Below, piece by piece: positions 10,359 through 21,026 of a stretch of 64,000 bases of DNA (positions are counted from its first letter, which is position 1; each line of letters opens with the position of its first letter). Position numbers and translations under genes: made by a program. This DNA is from Nitrospirota bacterium. GTDB lineage: Bacteria > Nitrospirota > UBA9217. The stretch spans positions 256,001 to 320,000 of the forward strand of contig CAVVUN010000012.1 of the NCBI GenBank assembly GCA_963751455.1, written 5' to 3'. The notes beneath the pieces are model-generated. The model searched no databases. It was not told where the DNA came from and was given only the letters and a program-made list of their open reading frames with translations.

Positions 10359-10802
10359 GTTATTTTTTGGGTTTATCTGATGGATCTAGTCGTTTATCGA
10401 ACTCAAAATCTTCAATTTTGGTAATCGTAATGGACTTCATATCTGGGTGGGCAGGGAGTTTTCGGCGAGATGAGAAAACGTCTCAATGGTGTTCTCCCGA
10501 TGAGACGAGAATACTATTTTTAAGCGAATGGGGCAAGGGGAAATGTATCAATTTGCGGAGTTCGGAATGCGGATTGCGGAATGTTGGTGAACAAACGGAT
10601 TTGCGACGAAGCGGCCCACATTAATCCAGCTTAATGCTTCTCAGCTGTTCTGCAGACACGAAAAATGCATTTTTATCGACAGGAGCGACGAGAAACAACG
10701 TAAAAGCGAGGGAATAATAAATCAGACGCGGAGAAATTTCAATTGCGGATTGCTGAATGTTTAAGGCCGATCTATTGAGGCGACCGGACGACTGTTATGC
10801 AA

Positions 10803-12038
10803 TTAAAAAAAGATGTCCTCCGTGAATTCCTCGGGCACGGCATATCGGGGCGTAGTCACGGCAAGATATGACTTTACAAACTGAACGATCTTTTGCTTGG
10901 GCGATGTTTTGGAAAATACCTTTATGAGCTCTTTAAGCCCTGTGATCGCTTGCTGATAGTCTCGCGCCGTTTTCCTGATCTGCTGTATCCCTGAAGACTC
11001 TCGATATGGAGCCAATTCCGATACTTCCCGAAACCGGGGGTTTATGTACAACAGCTCCCGCTCCTGCTCGAGCGCCTCAACCTGTTCCTGAAGCGCTGAA
11101 ATATACAGCTTCAGCTGCTCCTCGGGAAGCGTCTCGAGGCCGCGGCCTTCCGATCTTACCCACTCCATCTCAAGCTTCAGGAGAACCGAAAGGTCCCGGC
11201 AGGAATACGCTGCCGTCACCTTTTTCATCAATTCCTCTTTTCTGCTCTTTTCGGCCGGATCAGTAACGGTGTCCGGGTGCAGGGCCTTGGCGAGGCATAG
11301 ATAGATGCTTCGCATGCTCTTCAGCGTATGCGCTTCCTCCTGTTTCCTCAGTTCCTCGCGCTCAAGCTGTTTTTTGGTCTGTTTCCTGCCCGTACGGCAC
11401 CCCGCCTGTTTTTGCTCGTTTTCTTCGAACTCGTTTTGCAGCCGCCTGGCAAAACGCGCAAACCCGTCGGCTGTGTCCTCGATCTCATCCGGGTCGATTT
11501 CAATCCCGAAGGCAGCCCGCGCATGCTCCGCCATTTCCCGCTTTACCGCGTCAGTCTGGACCTGGGCTTCTTCCCGGTAGCTGGTTTCCGACCATGCATC
11601 GTAAAATGCCTCGGTTTCCTTGTCCGGCTGGATCTCTACAAACGCTTCCTCGCAGAGATCGAGGACCACCGCGCGCACGTTTTCATACTGCCTCTTCCCG
11701 AACTTGATCGTCTTTGTCGAGGAGGCCAGGGCTTTTGCCACGGCGATGCGCTTTTCAGCAAGCACCCGCTTCCGCTCCGGGATTTCCGCAAAATAAACCT
11801 TAAGCAGAGCTTCGAGCTTTAGCGTCTCCGCCTGAATGATGTGCTGAAGCTGCTCGATCCGGTTCGTCAGCCTGTTGAACGTTATCTGGCTTTTCGAAAG
11901 CTTTTGGCTGCGGCCGGCGGCGATTTTCAGACTTTTTCTCTCCGGCTTTATTGCTTCCCGAAGTTCATCCTTATCGAATAAAGAATACGTTTCGTCGTCC
12001 ATCCCGGTCTCGCTTACTTTTGTTTTTCCGTCCGACAT
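10803..12038 (-). CDS. coiled-coil protein with internal J-domain (DnaJ-like)
   Basis: YLCLAKALHPD...MKKVTAAY J-domain motif; start uncertain (12038 or 12002). Confidence 0.78.
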   Translation of the reverse strand: MSDGKTKVSETGMDDETYSLFDKDELREAIKPERKSLKIAAGRSQKLSKSQITFNRLTNRIEQLQHIIQAETLKLEALLKVYFAEIPERKRVLAEKRIAVAKALASSTKTIKFGKRQYENVRAVVLDLCEEAFVEIQPDKETEAFYDAWSETSYREEAQVQTDAVKREMAEHARAAFGIEIDPDEIEDTADGFARFARRLQNEFEENEQKQAGCRTGRKQTKKQLEREELRKQEEAHTLKSMRSIYLCLAKALHPDTVTDPAEKSRKEELMKKVTAAYSCRDLSVLLKLEMEWVRSEGRGLETLPEEQLKLYISALQEQVEALEQERELLYINPRFREVSELAPYRESSGIQQIRKTARDYQQAITGLKELIKVFSKTSPKQKIVQFVKSYLAVTTPRYAVPEEFTEDIFF

Positions 12039-12198
12039 TGGATATCGTAACACGGGATGGAAAAAAGAGTCAATAATAATATCGGGTGGTTCAGATAGGG
12101 GCAAGGGTCAAGTAGCCAGTAGAATGAGAGGGCTGACATAAAAGCGACGAGAACCGAATTGAGGCGACGTGACGCGGTGACGATTCAATTGCGGATTG

Positions 12199-13712
12199 TC
12201 ACACTGCTCGTCTTAATTGTTTCTCTGATGACGTAAATGTTTTCCTGTCTCTCTCGCAGATCGCCTGTATTGCCTTCCGGCCGGATAAGGCGTTCATAAA
12301 CAGAGCTCCGGCCGAGGTGACCCATTGTCCGACCATGTAGAAATCTGAGAGGCCCGGGAGCTTCATCTCCTGTTTTTTCCGGAACAGCGTATTGATCAGC
12401 GACGATTTTTTGTTCGGCATGTTGGCAAACCCGTGCGTTCCGCCCATGAACCGCTCCCACGTGATGATCGTCGGAACATCTATTACTTCAACCTGGCTTT
12501 TGAGCCCGGTGAAATATCGTTGCTCCAGGAGCTCGATGACCTGGCCTGCTATCTTTTGCTTCTCTTCATCATATCGTTGTCGGTCCGCGTACAGTTTCTT
12601 CCAGAAGGAATAGCTGGAAACGAGCTCGACCTTGATGATGCCTTTGCCCGCGGCTGCCATGGTTTTGTCGAACCCGTACATCTGCATCTCGAGGCTGAGA
12701 TGTTCGTGCCCGGCGATCTTGACCGGATTATCAAGCAGCATTACGAGGCTTGAAGGCTCCCGGCCAAGTTCCCGGTTCACGCCGAGGAAGACCTGGACCG
12801 CAAAGTTCGTCTCATCCGCGGGTTCCCCGCAGTAGTGCCTGATATGTTCATCAGTATATTTGTTCTCGAGCATCTGCACGATCGTCTTTCGTCCGTCCGC
12901 GTTCGAAATGACCAGATCGGCCCAATGTTCGGTCCCGTCAGCCAGCTTTATCCCCTTTGCATGATCATGCTGAACGAGTATCTTTTCCACGCGGCTGTTG
13001 TAATGTATCTCCCCGCCCAACTCCCGGTATCTCCGTTCAAGAGAACGGGCAAATTCGCGCGAACCGCCTATGGGCCATTGCAGCGCCCCGGTCAGGCCGT
13101 ACGCGTGCCGTACGAGGTGGATCATAAGAGGTATGTCCGGCATGGAATAGATAAGGAGCGGGAAGGCGCGCTTCAAAAACGGGTCGGAGAATTTCTGTCC
13201 GAACTCTCGCATGGTCGGCTTCACCCACGGAAGCACGGGCAGCATGTTTTTCGCGATCGTAAGGAACCCGCCCCCGCCGCTCATGATCAGTTCGCCCCAG
13301 ATGTCTCTTTTACTGAATGCCTTGATTGCCCTGATGTATTGCTTCGTGACATGCGAATCAAGGGGCGAAAAGGCATTGAGGTGCTCCTCGAGCCTGTTCA
13401 CGTCATAATAATCGTAAAAGATCCGGTCATCAGGAGAAAGAACGCTTGCGCATTCCTCGGTCCGGACCATCTCGCGCGGCATGGCGCCGAGCTCCTCCAG
13501 AGGGTATAAAGCTTCGAGCTGGGATTGCTTCCGAAGAAATGGTGAATACAGGCGTCGAACGTGTAGCCCTTGCGCTGCCAGGACGCGCATTGTCCGCCTG
13601 GCTTGGAATGCATTTCGAAAATACGCGTGTCATAGCCGTTCATCCTGCCGTAGATGCCGGCAGCAAGGCCGCCCATTCCCGCGCCGATGACGATTATGGA
13701 TTTATTCCCCAT
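12199..13712 (-). pseudogene. phytoene dehydrogenase-like FAD-dependent oxidoreductase, frameshifted near 13498
   Basis: N-terminal GAGMGG..EMHSKPGG..W.RKGYTFD in 13398-13712; body in 12199-13590 (WPIGGS, YMVGQW); one extra G (tgg-g-aggag) restores the frame. Confidence 0.82.
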
Positions 13713-13905
13713 GATTTAAGTATAGGTCAAACGAGAAAGGAAGAGAAACACGGACGTAAGACTTTACGCTGCAAGACCGAACTTCAAGATGCATGATCCA
13801 ATGATACACCATACAAGACGCAGGATGAAAAAGGCAGTAGACAGGAGACAGTGAAATAATGGTTCAGGGTAAAAAGTCGGATGAGTAGAACGTGCGGTCA
13901 AGAGG

Positions 13906-14322
13906 CTACACTTCGATTGCAGCAAGAAACTCTTCAGGCGTCATTACCGGAATACGATCGGCCTTGTAGTCCCGCTTGTTTCTCGTAATGACGTAATCAG
14001 CGCGCACCTGCAGCGCCGAATAATACTGTACGGCATCCTCGAAGTCCTTGAAGTCTGATGCAAGCGACAGACCAGCCACTTTTTCGTCGACTGCCGCTAT
14101 CGAAAAAACCATCTGGAGTTTTTCCAGTACCCGCAGAGCTTTCTCCCGTTTCACTTCCTTAGAAAGCAGATAAAACAGAATCGGAAAGCTCTGGGCCGAA
14201 AGAAACCCGAGCAGCTTCTTTTCCTCTATGAGCGCAAACAAACGCGCGGAGGGATTGTAAAAGGGTTCTCGTTTGAGAAATATATCGAGAATGAAGTTGA
14301 TATCACACAAGACTGACTTCAA
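13906..14322 (-). CDS. PIN-domain toxin (VapC-like)
   Basis: LCDINFILD, DFEDAVQ, ITRNKRDY acidic PIN motifs. Confidence 0.88.
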   Translation of the reverse strand: MKSVLCDINFILDIFLKREPFYNPSARLFALIEEKKLLGFLSAQSFPILFYLLSKEVKREKALRVLEKLQMVFSIAAVDEKVAGLSLASDFKDFEDAVQYYSALQVRADYVITRNKRDYKADRIPVMTPEEFLAAIEV

Positions 14323-14567
14323 CGATACTTCTCCGAAAGATGCTTCCGGTATTCAGTCTTCGCTTTTTTCGCTCTGTTTTTGCCGGCAAGCACGCCTGCG
14401 ATTTCGTAAAGAACCGGTGTTTCCCTCACTTCGTGCTGTTCCATTTCTGCAACGGATTTAAAGTAGTCTTCAACCATGCGAGACAGGCTTACCCCTTTGG
14501 TCCGGGCCTTCTTTTTGGCTTTTTTGATGACTGTGTCATCCAATCTCAAAGTAAGCTTGGTACTCAT
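14319..14567 (-). CDS. RHH-type antitoxin (DUF6364-like)
   Basis: MSTKLTLRLD..AK..A..GVSLSRMVEDYF; stop overlaps toxin start. Confidence 0.82.
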   Translation of the reverse strand: MSTKLTLRLDDTVIKKAKKKARTKGVSLSRMVEDYFKSVAEMEQHEVRETPVLYEIAGVLAGKNRAKKAKTEYRKHLSEKYR

Positions 14568-14729
14568 TCTCCAATTCCTCCTGACGTACATATTTTATAA
14601 AATTAGACGTCTTTTGCCAAGTCCGAGGCGACGAAGAAGCGACGCGGGGACGCGGGGACGTTTGAGAGGCGACACGGAAACGCCGAAACCGTGAATCAGA
14701 CGAGAGCCGACACCCTATGAGCGCATGCA

Positions 14730-15554
14730 CTAATTTTTCTCCAAAAAATCGAGCACCCCTGCGTTGAAGGCCTCCGGATTCATCTGGTTCATGGGATGAG
14801 AAGCTTTAGGGATTGTTATGCTCTTATGCCGCTTGAAGCATTGCCGAAGCGACTCCGACATTAATTTATATATGCCGGCACTTTTTTCACCGGTCACAAA
14901 AAGGACGGGGCCTTCGAATTTACCAACCTCCGAACAGGTAAGCGGCTCATCGGCGTCCGCCTGCAGGCTTTTTAGAGACCATGCGTTGTCGCGAAATATT
15001 TCTTTTTGTATATCGGGAACTTTTTCCCATGCCCCGGGGTAATTAACAGCGTCCACGAACTGCTTTAATGCGTTATCCCGGTCGCCGCGCTGAAGGGCTG
15101 CCAGCGCGTCGCCGAATATTATTCTGTATTTCTCCATCCCCGCTCTCGTCTCCCGTGTTTCAGGCAGCATCGCATTTATGGGTGCCGGTTCAGCCAGGAC
15201 GAGCTTGCGCACGAGATCGGGCCGGGCCGCTGCCAGCAGCAAGGCAACATCAGCGCCCCGCGAATGTCCGACAACATGCACCTGGCCCGCATTCAATTGT
15301 TCGATGAACGAAGCCATATCCTCTACATGCTGCCTGAAGGAGCAGCCGCCTCCTTTGCCGTCCCATTGCTCAGGATAGCAATGCCGCAAGCTGACAGAGA
15401 CAGCACGATACTGTTCGCTGAACGGCCTCATCTGGGACGTCCAGTACCGATAGTCGCTGATGGCCCCGTGCACCAGTATCACGGGAACACCGCTGCCGCG
15501 CTCGACGTATGCCATGTCGTAGCCGTTCACCCGCATGGTCTTGTAAGAAAGCAT
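14730..15554 (-). CDS. alpha/beta-fold hydrolase
   Basis: LVHG, GHSRG nucleophile elbow, C-terminal His (KASH). Confidence 0.9.
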   Translation of the reverse strand: MLSYKTMRVNGYDMAYVERGSGVPVILVHGAISDYRYWTSQMRPFSEQYRAVSVSLRHCYPEQWDGKGGGCSFRQHVEDMASFIEQLNAGQVHVVGHSRGADVALLLAAARPDLVRKLVLAEPAPINAMLPETRETRAGMEKYRIIFGDALAALQRGDRDNALKQFVDAVNYPGAWEKVPDIQKEIFRDNAWSLKSLQADADEPLTCSEVGKFEGPVLFVTGEKSAGIYKLMSESLRQCFKRHKSITIPKASHPMNQMNPEAFNAGVLDFLEKN

Positions 15555-15625
15555 GGCACCTCATTCTGAAACGACCCTCTCCGGAATGTATCACTTCTAA
15601 TTCGCAATGCTATCGTGAGTTAAAA

Positions 15626-15664
15626 AAGCCGGTTTAAAATGATAACTTCATTTCAAACCGGCTT
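15626..15664 (-). terminator. terminator hairpin after the 15704-16399 gene
   Basis: AAGCCGGTTT..AAACCGGCTT stem with a U-run on the minus strand. Confidence 0.6.
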
Positions 15665-15703
15665 CATTTGCTCAGGCCCGGCAAGCGGGCTCATTACTTT
15701 GAT

Positions 15704-16399
15704 TTAAAGGGACTTGACGATTTCGTCAAGTGCGCGATTGAATGCGTCTCGCCATTCTCCGATCGTTTCCTCATTCACTGCTTTCACACCGGCGAGACCC
15801 AGCGTTTTATTACCGACCATGTCAACCCGTTTTGTGTTCACCTTGTTTCCGCTGCTGTCCCATACCGTCAAGATGTTCTTGGTAAGCGCCTTGGTCGTAG
15901 GAACAAAGCCGCCGGTTTTTGCGGTCCATTCGGAGAAAATCAGTACCACGGCATCGACCTTCAATGCGGCACAGAGCTCCTTGGCTTTTTCCGCTTCAAT
16001 TATTCCGCCCTTAATTTCCTTGCTCACCTGAGTAAATACCGGCATTTCTTTTCCATTCAGGTTCGGCACGTATACGGTCAATGTTTTTTCCACGCCGGGT
16101 TTTCGGTAGCCGGGGCTATCAATAAAGCTGGATACTTTTTCCATGGTCCACTTGCTTCCCAGTTTTTTCTCGGCATCATCGAGCATGTTGTTAACCGCGC
16201 CAGTGATCAGTTTCGAGACCGGAGTGCTGCCGACACTGCCGGAGTTTACAGAGCCGCCCACGTCACTCACGGTGAGAGAGACGATGGCAACTTTATTAAA
16301 CTTCGGGCTCTCTTTAGCAAGAACGGTTGAGCTTAAAACAAAACAGGACAGGGTTAGCAGTGAACACAGCATTGCCGGTTTCCAAATACATTTTATCAT
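15704..16399 (-). CDS. secreted hypothetical protein
   Basis: AAGGAGGAG RBS, signal peptide, alpha/beta pattern (KELCAALKVDAVVL). Confidence 0.7.
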   Translation of the reverse strand: MIKCIWKPAMLCSLLTLSCFVLSSTVLAKESPKFNKVAIVSLTVSDVGGSVNSGSVGSTPVSKLITGAVNNMLDDAEKKLGSKWTMEKVSSFIDSPGYRKPGVEKTLTVYVPNLNGKEMPVFTQVSKEIKGGIIEAEKAKELCAALKVDAVVLIFSEWTAKTGGFVPTTKALTKNILTVWDSSGNKVNTKRVDMVGNKTLGLAGVKAVNEETIGEWRDAFNRALDEIVKSL

Positions 16400-16626
16400 G
16401 ATTTCTCCTCCTTGTTTTAAATATCATGAATTGTGCTCATGGATGGGTAGCTTGATTATACTTATATGCAATTTGTTGTCAAGAACTCAATGTTGAATGG
16501 TTTAGTGGTTGAGAGGTTGAGTGGGCGGTGAGGCGCAGAGCGCATAGAGCATGGTGAAATGGACGGTGCATCTGAATGTAGAATTGGTACCACCAACTAA
16601 ATATGCCTATTGTTCTTCATTGCTGT

Positions 16627-17307
16627 TCAGTATACAAAGGGAATGAGTCGCCACGATCTGCGAGAATAAGACTCCCAAGCCGGCCCGAATTCCTCATGCA
16701 TGAGAGCTTCTTCATCGTGGATACGCCAAAGGAGAACCAGGGTCATGGCCAGGACGAGAAGCAGCGTCAGCCATGAACGAAAGACCAAAGAGATCCCGAT
16801 GGAAAATAATAGTATGCCGAGATATCTGGGATGGCGCAGATATTGGTAAAGACCGTCCGTGACGAGCTTATGATCAGCTTGAATGGTGACCTCCATGCTG
16901 AACAATTTTCCCAGTTTAGCCTCTGCCCAGGTCGTGAGTATTAATCCAATAGAAAACAAAACAAGACCGGGATATCGGATTATCTGCGCATCATCACTCA
17001 GTACGGCGATACTCCTGTGGTCGGAATAGGGAGCGACTATGACAATCGCCAGGCTGAAGGCCTGCATCAAGAGAACAGCCACTCGCTGCCTGCGCACCGT
17101 CTTTTCGCCGGCGCGACTCCGTCCGACCTCCGGGAATTTGACCACGATGAACAGCTGCACCAGGACTACCAGCACGATGTAGCCAAGCCGCGCAGGGTTA
17201 GTGATAAAACCGCGTATATCATTCACACCCCATCCCAGAAGCGGCAGTCCGGCGAACATCACGACTCCGATCAACAGCATTAGTGAAGAGCGAACAGTGG
17301 TCGACAT
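16627..17307 (-). CDS. isoprenylcysteine carboxyl methyltransferase (ICMT/PEMT) family membrane protein
   Basis: TM helices; HKLVTDGLYQYLRHPRYLG, RIHDEE, RLIPFVY motifs. Confidence 0.9.
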   Translation of the reverse strand: MSTTVRSSLMLLIGVVMFAGLPLLGWGVNDIRGFITNPARLGYIVLVVLVQLFIVVKFPEVGRSRAGEKTVRRQRVAVLLMQAFSLAIVIVAPYSDHRSIAVLSDDAQIIRYPGLVLFSIGLILTTWAEAKLGKLFSMEVTIQADHKLVTDGLYQYLRHPRYLGILLFSIGISLVFRSWLTLLLVLAMTLVLLWRIHDEEALMHEEFGPAWESYSRRSWRLIPFVY

Positions 17308-17481
17308 AAAACAAGACCTCCGAGGGTCCATTTAAAGGATACTGTCAAGGGCAAAACGCAGCCTAATGACGAGAAACGAAACGTTTCTCGTCGAGCTTCT
17401 CAGTCATCCTCATCAGTACCGTTACCTCCCTTGGACCCCGAATGCAGCCCGGGTCCGTTCATAGAACCGTGAACGTATTCT

Positions 17482-17931
17482 CTACTTCTCTTTTCTTTTA
17501 TACACATCCGGATCCAGGATTGCCATCAACCGTTCCATTGCCGGCGTGTCCGCCACTTTTTGGAAACCGTATTTCCGGTACAGGTCATGGGCGTCCTTTG
17601 TCCCGAGGAACCACAAGCGCAGGCCTTCGAGCTCGGGGTGATCGACAATGGTTCTGACCAGCCTTTTTCCCAGTCCCCTGCCCCTGTACGATTCAATGAT
17701 AAAGACATCGCCAACATACGCGGTAGTCGCATAATCGGTGATGACCCGGCCGAAGCCGACCTGCTTTCCCTGATGATACAAACCGAAGCAGAGGGCATTC
17801 TCAATCGATTTTTTCAGGACGTTAAAGGGAATATCCTTTGCCCAGTACGATTGGTTTGCGAGGAAATCGTGAATCAGCGCAAGATCGAGCTTCGTTTTGT
17901 CAGTGCTTATTTCGTATTCGTTTTCGTCCAT
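17482..17931 (-). CDS. GNAT N-acetyltransferase
   Basis: GFGRVITD, DVFI..YRGRGLGK, LYRKYGF. Confidence 0.92.
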   Translation of the reverse strand: MDENEYEISTDKTKLDLALIHDFLANQSYWAKDIPFNVLKKSIENALCFGLYHQGKQVGFGRVITDYATTAYVGDVFIIESYRGRGLGKRLVRTIVDHPELEGLRLWFLGTKDAHDLYRKYGFQKVADTPAMERLMAILDPDVYKRKEK

Positions 17932-17958
17932 AGCACACTGTCTCGAAACGATATTGTT

Positions 17959-18145
17959 GCGGATAACTCAGGCCGTTCGGCTTTGCCTTGATCCTGTCGC
18001 CCGCGGCAACTGCGTGGAAATTTGTATCGGTCACGCCCGGGAGCAGGGCCATGACATACACTCCCCGCTCCTTGTGCTCGTACCACAGCGATTCGGTGAA
18101 GTTTGTCACGAAACCCTTGGTGCCGCTGTATACTGCCCCGCCGGG
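17959..18145 (-). repeat. near-identical 187-bp copy of an internal segment of the SDR gene (20328-20514)
   Basis: Direct alignment with only a handful of substitutions. Confidence 0.9.
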
Positions 18146-18173
18146 GAAAGTTCATTCTGATAACACAATGCTT

Positions 18174-20114
18174 TTACCATGAATCTGCCCGGAATTGTTC
18201 CTCTCTCGCAACGATCTTTGCTTTGCCTGCTTCTAAATCTCCGTTCCCGATTGTCCTAATTTCTAATTCAACTCCCCCAACCATCTCGGCCCTCTCGGTC
18301 TCGGTAAAGTAGGGTTTAACATATTCGCGATAAACTGTTCCATCAGGATTGACATCTGCGCGCAGCGCATTGCTTAGATAATCTCGGCCATAGACCGCAT
18401 ACAGCCAAAGCAAATGGTCCGTCTTATACTTATACGCCAACTGTAATTTAGCTTTTGAAGCATTGTAGCTTATCTGCTGACCCTTGGTGTTGCAGACGGT
18501 TCCTGATGCGATACAATCCAGTACAGGATTTATAAATTTTTCTTCCATCTGGCCGAACGTATAGAACAGTAAACCAGATGGCACAACCGACCCTGACGGT
18601 CTTAAATATCCTCCGTAAGGGTCGTCCCCATGCGGCATGCTTACACTTACAGAAGGAAAAGAGGGTCTGCTATGGATATCCCCGTCAAAAAGAGTATTGT
18701 CCGGCTTAACTGGTATATTGATACCACGCAGTACTGCAGAGAAAAGACCAGTCGTGCACCAGCAACCCCGAACCCGGTGCCCTTTCCGGTTTCGAGGATA
18801 TAAGATCCTGTCTGCGGGAGGCGGGCCTTCGTAATTAAATTGCTCGATGTTCGTCTCACTGTCACCCATATGGCCAAGGTGACCTCTCATCCAGTTTGTA
18901 AGCGAATAGATCGTGTGCATCGGGTCGGCTTTGATCATATTTAAATTGGAAAGAAATTCATAGCTGATTCTCGGATTCCATGCTGAAATATTGCCTATGT
19001 TCCCGATGGTAAAGCCATGTTGCTCGGCATCTCTTACATAAGTAAGCAGTTTTCTGCCGTCCAGTAAATAAGCTATTTGTTCATTGTCGTAATCCGCCAG
19101 GCGCCAGGAAACAGCGTGATGAACTTCTACCCACAAAGACTGCGCAATGTGAGAAATAAAAACATGCCAGGCATCGGCTTCCGAAATCGGGTCGAACTCA
19201 AGAACGGTGTCGTGAGGCAGCAAAGTCGGGACGGTGTCCGGATACTGGGTCTGCATTTTTTCAAGCCTGAGAACAGCGTTGTTCAGTTCATTCTTTTCCC
19301 TTACGCTCCACAAAGAATAATTTCTAACACCGGATCTGTTTTCCCAGATGATATTATCCCTAATTTTAGCGTTTTCCAGAAGTTCACGATACGGCTGCAA
19401 GATCAGATCGTCGCTCAGGAGCCTCTCCCGAAGTTCGTTATTGATATTATCCGCTTCGTCTCGGGAATCGCTTGTGGAAAGAACAACCTTCACTTTGGAC
19501 GAAGGTTCAACCTGGATTGGCGGATTCGGAACAACGATGGTCACCTGATGAGGGAAAAGCGTGGGCAAGAGATATTCGAAATCTGCAGCATTGTTTCCGT
19601 TCACGAATACTTTGATCCTGACCGGGGAAGCCGAGGCCCAGTTCGAGACGCCGATATTCGCGACAACAATGTTCAGCCTGTTGTTTACCTGATATGCATC
19701 GCTAACAATGAGGTCTGGTCGGTTTTTCGTAACATCAAATGTTCGGGTCATGGTATTCTGAAATTCGTTCGACTCCTTAATTTGATTTAAGGAATCCAGA
19801 ACAACCGCTACACGTCTGTGTGGTCCGGATATTCTGATATCCGTAGTCAACGTTGTTTCTCCTCCGGAAGGCCGGAACGACTGATCCGGCAGGTCGGATA
19901 AACGATACTCACGAGATAAAAAACCATCAATAAAGATTTTAAGATCCCCTCTATCATCCGGCACCGGCGCCTCGCCCTGATTCTTGAATATTACTGTCAG
20001 CATGTGATCGCTGTCAAATTGGATTTGTTTTGGCACCAAATCGGCTTTTTTACAGGATACAAATAGAGGCAGCGCTATAACACAAAACAAACAGTTTAAG
20101 GAAAAGTTTTTCAC
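18174..20114 (-). CDS. lipoprotein with two CARDB domains and a transglutaminase-like C-terminal region
   Basis: LFVSC lipobox; ADL/PDL..ESNEFQN CARDB motifs; GCWCTTGLFSAVLRGINIPV. Confidence 0.7.
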   Translation of the reverse strand: MKNFSLNCLFCVIALPLFVSCKKADLVPKQIQFDSDHMLTVIFKNQGEAPVPDDRGDLKIFIDGFLSREYRLSDLPDQSFRPSGGETTLTTDIRISGPHRRVAVVLDSLNQIKESNEFQNTMTRTFDVTKNRPDLIVSDAYQVNNRLNIVVANIGVSNWASASPVRIKVFVNGNNAADFEYLLPTLFPHQVTIVVPNPPIQVEPSSKVKVVLSTSDSRDEADNINNELRERLLSDDLILQPYRELLENAKIRDNIIWENRSGVRNYSLWSVREKNELNNAVLRLEKMQTQYPDTVPTLLPHDTVLEFDPISEADAWHVFISHIAQSLWVEVHHAVSWRLADYDNEQIAYLLDGRKLLTYVRDAEQHGFTIGNIGNISAWNPRISYEFLSNLNMIKADPMHTIYSLTNWMRGHLGHMGDSETNIEQFNYEGPPPADRILYPRNRKGHRVRGCWCTTGLFSAVLRGINIPVKPDNTLFDGDIHSRPSFPSVSVSMPHGDDPYGGYLRPSGSVVPSGLLFYTFGQMEEKFINPVLDCIASGTVCNTKGQQISYNASKAKLQLAYKYKTDHLLWLYAVYGRDYLSNALRADVNPDGTVYREYVKPYFTETERAEMVGGVELEIRTIGNGDLEAGKAKIVAREEQFRADSW

Positions 20115-20160
20115 TCTATCCCTCCCGGATCAAATTGATTCCTGTGTAGCACTATCCGGT

Positions 20161-20931
20161 TTAACTCTTCAACCCGGAACTGCCCTTCCCCATATTAATG
20201 ATCATCATCTTCCTGCTCGCCAATTTCGTACCCAGAAATGTCAAAAGGCGATACATGCGGCCGGAAATGACAGAGGGTTCCTTCCGCATCCTGAGCGCGG
20301 CGAGCGCATCTTTTACGACGATCACGGGCGGATAACTCAGGCCGTTCGGCTTTGCCTTGATCCTGTCGCCCACGGCAACTGCGTGGAAATTTGTATCGGT
20401 CACGCCCGGGAGCAGGGCCATGACATACACTCCCCGCTCCTTGTGCTCGTACCAGAGTGATTCGGTGAAGTTTGTCACGAAACCCTTGGTGCCGCTGTAT
20501 ACGGCCCTGCCGGGATAGGGCAACCGGGAAAGGACTGACGAAACATTGATCAGCGCATCCCCTGCTTCGGAATTTTTCAGGAAAGCGTGGGAAAGCCTGA
20601 CGAGGGCGTTCATGTTCACGAACATCATATGTTCCTGCTGATCGAGCGCCAGCTTCTCAAATCTGCCGTAGATGCCGTAGCCTGCATTGTTCACGAGAAG
20701 CGAGTAGCGCGTGTGCTCCAGATCATCGACCACACGCTGAAGCTGATTGCTGTCGCTCAGGTCGGCAACGAGTATGCGGTGGCCGTTTCCCAGCTCCTTT
20801 ACGAGTTCCTGGAGCTTGTCCCTGGAGCGGGCGACGCACGTGACGCTATACCCGTCTTGTGCAAGTTCGCGCGCAAAAACCGCTCCGATCCCGCTGCTTG
20901 CTCCTGTAACCATTGCAGTTTTTCTTGTCAT
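20161..20931 (-). CDS. short-chain dehydrogenase/reductase (SDR)
   Basis: TGASSGIG, NNAG, YSGTK motifs. Confidence 0.93.
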   Translation of the reverse strand: MTRKTAMVTGASSGIGAVFARELAQDGYSVTCVARSRDKLQELVKELGNGHRILVADLSDSNQLQRVVDDLEHTRYSLLVNNAGYGIYGRFEKLALDQQEHMMFVNMNALVRLSHAFLKNSEAGDALINVSSVLSRLPYPGRAVYSGTKGFVTNFTESLWYEHKERGVYVMALLPGVTDTNFHAVAVGDRIKAKPNGLSYPPVIVVKDALAALRMRKEPSVISGRMYRLLTFLGTKLASRKMMIINMGKGSSGLKS

Positions 20932-21026
20932 GATGCTCCTCTCGCGGATAGTAATTAGTTTTTAGTTTTGAGTTTCAAGTAAAAAACAATAAACTTATAG
21001 GGCTGCTATCAAGTTCAGTCGCCCTT

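Noticed and set aside
10600-18200. Integron cassette array (co-oriented TA, GNAT, hydrolase genes; GCATAAC after the J-domain stop)
   Set aside because: No matching GTTRRRY ends or consistent attC palindromes found, and no integrase.
17959-20514. Diversity-generating retroelement TR/VR pair
   Set aside because: Differences are few and not adenine-specific, and no reverse transcriptase is present.
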